A DNA stretch of 47,393 nucleotides from Candidatus Kuenenbacteria bacterium. Its GTDB lineage: Bacteria; Patescibacteriota; Patescibacteriia; UBA2196; GWA2-42-15. Below the pieces are notes generated by a model. That model worked only from the letters and a program-made list of their open reading frames with translations, was not told where the DNA came from and searched no databases. Shown here piece by piece: positions 1 through 6,345 of this stretch (within the stretch, counting starts at the first letter, position 1; every line of letters starts with the position of its first letter). Both the position numbers and the translations under genes were made by a program. The stretch lies in contig JAAZMX010000040.1 of the NCBI GenBank assembly GCA_012798565.1, positions 1 through 47,393 of the forward strand, written 5' to 3'.

Positions 1-125
1 GCCAAAGATCAAGACATATTAAACCGCGTTCCTGGTAATTTCTCATAAGATAAAATACATTAGAATTAACCTTTGATTTTACCCAAAACTTTTACTTTGG
101 GCAATTTATGGGTGTTACCTATGTA
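1..125 (+). pseudogene. Decayed 3'-terminal remnant of an rve/DDE-type IS transposase gene
   Basis: Resembles, in inverted orientation, the transposase 3' end at 47246-47393. Shared blocks are TGGT(T)AATT and CTTT(A)GATT, plus an exact 14-mer GTGTTACCTATGTA at 112-125, matching the reverse complement of 47268-47281. The frame here is broken by stops, e.g. TAA at 67-69. Confidence 0.35.
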
Positions 126-185
126 TCTCATCTTCTGCAGAGTCAGCCCAAAACAACTTAATAATTTAACAATAAATTCATGAGA

Positions 186-214
186 TTGACCACGCCAGCC
201 AATTATGCTACACT
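186..214 (+). promoter_or_regulatory. Sigma70-like promoter (TTGACC-17 nt-TACACT) upstream of the KH-domain gene
   Basis: -35 TTGACC at 186-191, a 17-nt spacer, and -10 TACACT at 209-214. It lies about 65 nt upstream of the ATG at 281. Confidence 0.4.
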
Positions 215-280
215 AAAAATGTCCGGAAAGGTCGTTTTTCGCAAGCAATTGCACCTTATAAACTTAATCAGCAATGAACT

Positions 281-601
281 ATGGTTAACGACAAAGAGTT
301 CTTGGAATACGTTGTCAAAGCACTCGTTGATCACCCGGAAAAAGTATCCGTGGACAGAAAAGTCGATGAAATGGGAGTTCTTCTAACTCTCAATCTCGCC
401 CCAGAAGATATGGGTTATGTCATTGGCCGCAAGGGCCAAAACGCCAAAGCCGTGCGCACTCTCTTGCGCTTGGTTGGCGCCAGAAACAACGCCCACGTCA
501 ATCTGAAAATCAATGAGCCAGAAGGCGGTCGCCGCTCCATGAGCGCTCCTCGCGACGAGGAAATGACCGACACCTCCGCGGTTGATGACCTGAAGATCTA
601 A
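281..601 (+). CDS. KH-domain RNA-binding protein (UPF0109/YlqC-like) with a charged C-terminal tail
   Basis: The translation contains the VIGRKGQNAKAVRTLL GxxG KH motif. The gene sits immediately upstream of trmD, as in the conserved rpsP-KH-rimM-trmD neighbourhood. Confidence 0.8.
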   Translation: MVNDKEFLEYVVKALVDHPEKVSVDRKVDEMGVLLTLNLAPEDMGYVIGRKGQNAKAVRTLLRLVGARNNAHVNLKINEPEGGRRSMSAPRDEEMTDTSAVDDLKI

Positions 602-679
602 TTTTTCCTTATAAAAGAACCGTGCTACAATTGTGGTGCGGTTCTTTAATTTATTATAAACGCTTATAATAAATAAGCT

Positions 680-806
680 CCAAGTTCCAAGAAACAATTT
701 CCAAATAAATCCAAAATCCAAAACTCAAATAGCAAGCATTCTTTGTAATTTATAATTTGGACTTTGAGATTTATTTGGAAATTGGAAATTGTATCTTGGA
801 AATTTA
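680..806. repeat. Imperfect AT-rich inverted repeat (long hairpin) built from TTGGAAA/GGAAATT-type heptamers
   Basis: The left arm CAATTTCCAAATAAATCCAAAATCCAAAACTCAAA pairs with the right arm TTTGGACTTTGAGATTTATTTGGAAATTGGAAATTG around a loop of about 25 nt. Intergenic between the KH gene and trmD. Confidence 0.7.
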
Positions 807-826
807 TCAGTTGGTTTTGTTTGTCT

Positions 827-1489
827 ATGCGCTTTGAAATTATCACCATTTTCCCCCATATCCTTGATTCATATTTAAATGAATCTATTTTGAAGCGTGC
901 GCAAAAGAAAAAATTAATCAAGATAAATTTTCACGACCCGCGGCAATTTGCCACTGACGCGCACAGAAGCGTGGATGATCGGCCGTTTGGCGGGGGACCG
1001 GGCATGCTCATAAAGATTGAGCCGCTTTATAAAACACTCAAAAAAATCAAGCGCGCCAAAAAATCACATGTTATTCTCTTCGACCCGGCCGGCCAGAGGT
1101 TTGATCAAAAAATGGCGCAAAAATTCTCTAAGTTAGATCAGCTGATTATGATCGCCGGACGCTATGAAGGCGTGGATGCCCGGATTGAAAAATTTATTGA
1201 TGAAAAAATTTCCATCGGTCCCTATGTTTTGTCCGGTGGTGAATTGCCAGCCGCGGTCGTGGTTGAAGCTGTGTCGCGATTATTGCCTGGTGTTTTGGGC
1301 GACGATCAATCAGCGGTCGAGGAGACATTTTCTGGTGATGACAGCTATATAGAACACCCGCACTACACCCGTCCGGAGGTTTTTGCATATCTGGAAAAAG
1401 GCCAGAAGAAAAAATTGGCAGTGCCAAAAGTTTTATTATCGGGGAATCATAAGGAGATAAAAAAATGGAGAGCTAATCATATTAAATAA
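827..1489 (+). CDS. trmD: tRNA (guanine37-N1)-methyltransferase TrmD
   Basis: MRFEIITIFPHILDSYLNESILKRA..., RPFGGGPGM and GRYEGVDAR motifs. The ATG at 827 is preferred over the upstream TTG at 764, which lies inside the hairpin repeat. Confidence 0.95.
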   Translation: MRFEIITIFPHILDSYLNESILKRAQKKKLIKINFHDPRQFATDAHRSVDDRPFGGGPGMLIKIEPLYKTLKKIKRAKKSHVILFDPAGQRFDQKMAQKFSKLDQLIMIAGRYEGVDARIEKFIDEKISIGPYVLSGGELPAAVVVEAVSRLLPGVLGDDQSAVEETFSGDDSYIEHPHYTRPEVFAYLEKGQKKKLAVPKVLLSGNHKEIKKWRANHIK

Positions 1490-1504
1490 TTTTTATTTTA
1501 AAAA

Positions 1505-1615
1505 CAGAAAAATCAAAATTTCCAATATCCAACAAAGTTCCAAATCCAAAGCCCCAATATTTAGTCATTTGGATTTAGGATTTTATTGGAAATTAGGATT
1601 TAGAATTTGAAAATC
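1505..1615. repeat. AT-rich heptamer-based inverted repeat (same family as 680-806)
   Basis: AATTTCCAATA...TCCAAATCCAAA on the left pairs with TTTGGATTTAGGA...TATTGGAAATT on the right. Intergenic between trmD and ndk. Confidence 0.7.
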
Positions 1616-1690
1616 ACAGCCCGCTTTATTGACTTGCTGGCTGGTAGATGTTATTCTATTATTTAATCGCTATAAACTAATCAAAAAAAT

Positions 1691-2296
1691 ATGTCTCCTG
1701 TTGTCAATCGCGAACGTACGCTCGTCATTCTCAAGCCAGACGCGGTCCAGCGCGCCATGATCGGCGAAGTCATCAAACGCTTTGAACAGACCGGCCTCAA
1801 GATGACGGCTATTAAAATTATGATGGCCAAAGAAGAAGTTCTCTGGGAACATTATCATAAAGACGATAAGTGGTTTTTGGAAAAAGGCACCATGCTGGTT
1901 GGCAAGATGAAAGATAAAGGCCTGACCCCGGAAAAAGAACCAATTGAATATGGCAAAGACATTGTGCGCCAACTAGTGGAGTTTATGACCGCCGGTCCGG
2001 TCGTGCCGATGATCTTTGAAGGCAATCAGGCCACGGCCGTGGTGAAAAAAATTACCGGCGGCACCGAACCAGCCACCTCTGACGTGGGCACGATCCGCGG
2101 CGATTACACCATTGATTCCTATGACTTGGCCAACCTGTCCGGCCGGGCCGTCAGAAATTTGGTGCACTGTTCCGAGTCGCCAGCCGAAGCAGAGCGTGAA
2201 ATAAAACTCTGGTTTAATGAAACGGAAATGGTTGGTTACAATTTGGCACATGACAAGATTCTCTACGATGTGAATCTGGATGGGATTAAAGAATAG
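1691..2296 (+). CDS. ndk: Nucleoside diphosphate kinase (long form with an internal insertion)
   Basis: ERTLVILKPDAVQR..., GTIRGD and NLVHCSES (the NxxHGSD region). At 201 aa it is longer than the usual ~140-150 aa. Confidence 0.9.
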   Translation: MSPVVNRERTLVILKPDAVQRAMIGEVIKRFEQTGLKMTAIKIMMAKEEVLWEHYHKDDKWFLEKGTMLVGKMKDKGLTPEKEPIEYGKDIVRQLVEFMTAGPVVPMIFEGNQATAVVKKITGGTEPATSDVGTIRGDYTIDSYDLANLSGRAVRNLVHCSESPAEAEREIKLWFNETEMVGYNLAHDKILYDVNLDGIKE

Positions 2297-2323
2297 AGAT
2301 TAGAATTTATATCGGTATTTTTT

Positions 2324-3017
2324 GTAGGGGTTCAATATTTTGAACCCCTACCTTTTTTATAATAAAATAAAATATGAATCCGCGAAACATCAAATCCAAT
2401 AGAAAATCAATTCGTTTGCCCCAATACGATTATGCCGGCGCAGGTTATTATTTTGTCACCACCTGCGCCCATGAACGGCAAAATTTGTTTGGAAATATCA
2501 GACAAGAAATAATGTATTTAAATCCATTGGGACAGGCGGCAAAAATATGTTGGCAAAATATACCCCGACATTATCCGGAAATAAAATTAGATAATTTTAT
2601 TATCATGCCAAATCATTTGCATGGAATTTTAATATTTGGTAATAATGTAGGGGCTCAAAACCTTGAGCCCGACAATTCAGAAAACATGGTTCAATTTATT
2701 GAATCAAATAATTTAAAAAACAGGGCTCAAAATATTGAGCCCCTACCAAAAACAAATGCCTATCAACATATTATTTCGGGTTCCATCGGGTCGGTTGTCC
2801 GCGGTTTTAAAATTGGGGTGACCAAATGGGCGAAAACACATAATTACAATATCCCTGTTTGGCAACGCAATTATTATGAACACATTATTCGCGATGAGAA
2901 AGATTATGAAAATATTTGGCAATATATAGAATACAATCCAGCCAAGTGGGATTGGGACAGAAACAACCCCAAAAATTTTTAAGAATCTCGTTGGGGCTCA
3001 ATATTTTGAGCCCCAAC
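2324..3017 (+). mobile_element. REP/RAYT unit: Y1 (HUH) transposase gene flanked by REP-like palindromes
   Basis: GTAGGGGTTCAATATTTTGAACCCCTAC at 2324-2351 and GTTGGGGCTCAATATTTTGAGCCCCAAC at 2990-3017 bracket the ORF. Two related palindromes lie inside it at 2647-2670 and 2723-2746. Confidence 0.7.
2374..2982 (+). CDS. REP-associated tyrosine transposase (RAYT, IS200/IS605 Y1 HUH family)
   Basis: YFVTTC..., the HUH motif PNHLHGILIF, and the C-terminal WQRNYYEHIIRDEKDYENIWQYIEYNPAKW tyrosine motif. Confidence 0.85.
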   Translation: MNPRNIKSNRKSIRLPQYDYAGAGYYFVTTCAHERQNLFGNIRQEIMYLNPLGQAAKICWQNIPRHYPEIKLDNFIIMPNHLHGILIFGNNVGAQNLEPDNSENMVQFIESNNLKNRAQNIEPLPKTNAYQHIISGSIGSVVRGFKIGVTKWAKTHNYNIPVWQRNYYEHIIRDEKDYENIWQYIEYNPAKWDWDRNNPKNF

Positions 3018-3040
3018 AAATATTTTTTCCAAAACAAAAA

Positions 3041-3107
3041 CCCGTAGAAAAAGAGATTGGATTTTCGTTTGGTTTCCTTTGATCTCCTTTCTACGGGCTC
3101 ATTTTTT
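3041..3107 (+). terminator. Hairpin plus T-run downstream of the RAYT gene
   Basis: CCCGTAGAAAAAGAGAT (3041-3057) pairs with ATCTCCTTTCTACGGG (3082-3097) and is followed by CTCATTTTTTCC. The ~24-nt loop is large for an intrinsic terminator. Confidence 0.4.
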
Positions 3108-3303
3108 CCTCCCGTTTTTTTGTTTTTTTATTTTTCTTTTTTTATACAACCTACCCGTGGTGAGCCGACGTGTGACAAAAATTGTCGGCCCACCAGTACA
3201 AGGTAGAGCTAGAGAGAGGGCTGTGTCGGAGGGGTGGGTAAGTCGCTCGCGAGCTTGGCCCAAAAGATTCCCTCTAGTAAAAAGCTCGCAAGCGACGAAA
3301 CTT

Positions 3304-4104
3304 TTATTTTTCCGCCCCGGCCTCCAGGTGAACCGGGTGAAATTCCTCCATGATAACGCGTGCCGCCGATGGGATCTGCCCCTTGGCGACAATTTTCTTC
3401 CCGGTGACACATCCGGCCTCGACCCCTAGACGAAGGCCGAGGAAGTTCGCCGGCAACGGCCCGCAGATCTGGTATTCGCCAGGGCCGGTAAACGAAACTT
3501 TCTCCGGTGTATCGCCGACTGAACGATAAATTAGGAGGTACCACTGTTGGCCGGCGCTACATTCAACCGTGACGTATGGGATCATTCCAGTTAATGACCC
3601 ACCGCCCAAAGCAAAGGACGTGCCAGGGAATTGACCCTCCTTGTTCGGCGAACATCCTTGGTCGCCGTAGCTAATATTGCCGGACCAGAGAATGACAACC
3701 TTGGCCGGTGCCGGTTCAGGCACTGTCATGGAAATCGCCACTGAGCCATTGCCACCGTTGGACGTTACCGGAATGTTCCCGGTATATGTGTTGGGTGACA
3801 AGATACCGCGATCGACAGTGACCGTGACCGTGCTGGTATTGGTGCCCGACGTTTTGTTAATGGTCAGCCAGGCAATCGATTCACTCGCGTTCCAATTGAG
3901 GTCACCATTGCCCGAGTTGGAGATCGTAAAGGTTTTCACCGTTTCCGTCATGCCGAAATCGAGAGAATCAGGGGCCAAAAATAACACCGGACTTTCCACC
4001 GACTCGGCCTTAATCCCACTGTGGCTCATCGGGTCGCGCCCACAAGAGGCCAGCCCGAGAACCACCAGGGTGGTCAACAAAAGATAAAAAAACCGATTTT
4101 TCAC
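3304..4104 (-). CDS. Predicted lipoprotein with an Ig-like (BACON/ASH-type) domain and a Cys-rich C-terminal domain
   Basis: GTG start preceded by AGGAGG (4110-4115). Lipobox LGLASC. DLNWNASESIAWLTINKTSGTNTSTVTVTVD pattern. The segment is locally GC-elevated. Confidence 0.7.
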   Translation of the reverse strand: MKNRFFYLLLTTLVVLGLASCGRDPMSHSGIKAESVESPVLFLAPDSLDFGMTETVKTFTISNSGNGDLNWNASESIAWLTINKTSGTNTSTVTVTVDRGILSPNTYTGNIPVTSNGGNGSVAISMTVPEPAPAKVVILWSGNISYGDQGCSPNKEGQFPGTSFALGGGSLTGMIPYVTVECSAGQQWYLLIYRSVGDTPEKVSFTGPGEYQICGPLPANFLGLRLGVEAGCVTGKKIVAKGQIPSAARVIMEEFHPVHLEAGAEK

Positions 4105-4131
4105 GATATCCTCCTGGCCCGATTGGGCCGG

Positions 4132-5373
4132 TTAAAAAATATTTTTCACAAGTTTTCCGGTTTTAATTAGGTCGAGGTTGATCTGCCACGCTTGATTTGA
4201 CTCGCTATTTTTTATATCCGGAATAACCAGTCGTCGATCATCGCGCCGACCGGAGGCTACCAAATATTGGACATCGAGAGGCCCAACAAAAAGATGTCCG
4301 CCAACACATGGCCCCTTGAACTCCTGCTTATAATCTTTGTAGTTTGAGTCAAGTGGGGCGTTAACTACATCGGCCCAATAAAACCATCCGGCCGAAATAC
4401 CGAAACCAAGAAAATTTTTAAAATTGTAGCGCACGATTCCCACAAGGCTGCCGGTTTCGGTAAAATCATGCTTAATGGAATTCTGGCCGACAGTACCAGC
4501 CAGCGAAAACAAAAAACCAACACTGTCGCTGTGCCCCCAGGTAACACCCAAAAACGCAGTCGGGCCAGTATAGTGTCCGAACTGTTGGCCGATGCCCAAC
4601 GAGATTTCATTAGGGGCCAATACCTTAAGAGTTGTTCCTATAGAGTCTGTCTCTGCCCCCGATAGAATACCCCTATTGCTGCTATCCGGCGCATAAGTAA
4701 CTATTCCGATGCCGGCCTCCGTTGCCATGACTCGAGAGAAAAAACTCTCATCGGTTTCTTCATAATCGAAGTAAACCGTTCTTTCTTCGGCACCAGTTAC
4801 TTTTCCGAGTTTACAGTTCAGCCCATATAAATCAGCTGCCTTTTTGGCGCGGGTGTTCGCAAGATAGATATTTTTCTCTTCGCTGGCACCACCTTTTAAG
4901 TCGGCGGTACCAGTAACCGTGCCATTAAAACTCGACTCACTGTTCACGGACAAAAAGCTGTCTATCGTCACCTTGGTTGTTTGCCAACCCTTTATTTCTT
5001 TTGGGTTGGTACGCCCCAGGCGAAAGGTATCAGGCAAAGAAACGTGGAGTCTTTTTCTTTTTCCAACTCCAATCGTTATTTTACCTGCTGCCACAACTGT
5101 TGTGTCGCCATATTCACGAGCTTGCAACACATAAGTCGTGGTTTTTACCGGTGCTACCTCATGAGTTATTCCCCGGATGGTATCGCCATTGCAGGTTACA
5201 ATGTACTTATCGCCCGGCAGGATCATTTTAATTCTGACTACCTGCCCAGGCTCGGCCACTAAACGATCAGCCAGAATTACGGCCTGCGTTTTTTTCTGTC
5301 CAAATACCGGCGCGGACAGGAGCGCCATGGCCAGAATGGCCACCACCAACGAAACAAACATGTTCTTTTTCAT
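4132..5373 (-). CDS. Secreted protein: Ig-like N domain, OmpA_C-like motif, beta-strand-rich C-terminal region ending in Phe
   Basis: Signal peptide MKKNMFVSLVVAILAMALLSAPVFG with an SD GGAGG at 5380-5384. VTGTADLKGGASEEKNIYLANTRAKKAADLY resembles the GhTD..G...N..LS..RA motif. The C-terminus has alternating strands ending ...KLVKNIF. Confidence 0.7.
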   Translation of the reverse strand: MKKNMFVSLVVAILAMALLSAPVFGQKKTQAVILADRLVAEPGQVVRIKMILPGDKYIVTCNGDTIRGITHEVAPVKTTTYVLQAREYGDTTVVAAGKITIGVGKRKRLHVSLPDTFRLGRTNPKEIKGWQTTKVTIDSFLSVNSESSFNGTVTGTADLKGGASEEKNIYLANTRAKKAADLYGLNCKLGKVTGAEERTVYFDYEETDESFFSRVMATEAGIGIVTYAPDSSNRGILSGAETDSIGTTLKVLAPNEISLGIGQQFGHYTGPTAFLGVTWGHSDSVGFLFSLAGTVGQNSIKHDFTETGSLVGIVRYNFKNFLGFGISAGWFYWADVVNAPLDSNYKDYKQEFKGPCVGGHLFVGPLDVQYLVASGRRDDRRLVIPDIKNSESNQAWQINLDLIKTGKLVKNIF

Positions 5374-5532
5374 TGAGCACCTCCCAAATAAATGAGTGAA
5401 ACAGTGAATTAGAATTTTCTTACTTAAAATTTTTTCCTTTTTCCTTTCCTTTATATTTAATTTTCAATTTGCTTTCAATTATTCTTCCACCTCCAGCCCC
5501 AACAGGGGACAGAGGCGGGGGAACAAGGGGGA

Positions 5533-5571
5533 AAGTTGATAAAGTTAATTAAGTTAAAAAAGTTAATAAAG
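5533..5571. repeat. Tandem 9-mer repeat (AAGTTNANN x4)
   Basis: AAGTTGATA AAGTTAATT AAGTTAAAA AAGTTAATA AAG, read directly from the sequence. Confidence 0.6.
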
Positions 5572-5592
5572 AGGGAAGGGATACAGAATACC

Positions 5593-5620
5593 GAATTATG
5601 AATTATGAATAATGAATTAT
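5593..5620. repeat. Tandem heptamer repeat (GAATTAT x4)
   Basis: GAATTAT GAATTAT GAATAAT GAATTAT, read directly from the sequence. Confidence 0.6.
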
Positions 5621-5876
5621 GGTGGAAATTATGATTAGCGTAAGAATATTGGCCCAAAAGGCTCACGCCCAAAGACATTCTGGACAGGTTACTTTAGCAC
5701 AAATTAAGTGATTTTTATTAATTAAAATTCTTTTTAACCTAACATATTATTGTAATTTTGTCAATAGAAGGCTAAAATAAGCCAATTTGGGGTAATAAAA
5801 AACTCCCCCAAAGGGAGCCATTAAAAAGATAAAAATGTAAATATCAAAGTGTAAAATGACAGTTAAAAATGCAAAA

Positions 5877-6248
5877 TTATTTTTTGCCCCTCATGGTCAA
5901 GATACTGGAAGCTAAAATATTGGCTATTTCCTTTAGTTCGCTTATCAACCACTCATTCTCGGTCTTATCACTTTTATTTGTATCTTTTATCAGTGCCAAC
6001 CAAACCTTTGATTCGTTGGCCGATTTCAGAGCATGAGTAAAAAAATTGATAAAATCTTTCTTGGAGCTGGCTGAATTAGCCTCAATATAATTGGCAATAA
6101 CACTGGTCCCGCTACGCAGGAGTTGCTTACCCATCACTTCGTTTACAGAGGATTTTGGCAGTCGATCTATAAATCTGACCAGCCTTAAAACAAAACCATA
6201 CAATCTTTTTTTAAATTCATTTTTGAATTTTGCATTGTCATTTTCCAT
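5877..6248 (-). CDS. Four-helix-bundle protein (23S rRNA intervening-sequence protein / Avd-like family)
   Basis: GKQLLRSGTSVIANYIEANSASSKKDFINFFTHALKSANESKVWL matches the family signature. The ATG at 6248 (MENDNAKF...) is preferred over the longer track ORF. Confidence 0.85.
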   Translation of the reverse strand: MENDNAKFKNEFKKRLYGFVLRLVRFIDRLPKSSVNEVMGKQLLRSGTSVIANYIEANSASSKKDFINFFTHALKSANESKVWLALIKDTNKSDKTENEWLISELKEIANILASSILTMRGKK

Positions 6249-6345
6249 TTTGATTTTTGATATTTTATTTTGTTCCCGTAAATCACCTGCCCGCCAATCG
6301 CTAGCGCTCAAGGCGCTTGCAGGCGGGTAAATCGTAAATCCTGAA

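Noticed and set aside
764-826. TTG-initiated N-terminal extension of trmD
   Set aside because: It is encoded by the heptamer hairpin repeat. The conserved TrmD N-terminus (MRFEIITIFP) begins at the ATG at 827.
3079-3544. Track ORFs 3079..3429(+), 3099..3410(-) and 3209..3544(-)
   Set aside because: They overlap one another in GC-rich, hairpin-forming DNA and partly lie antisense to the lipoprotein gene. Their Arg/Pro/Gly-rich translations are typical of spurious frames.
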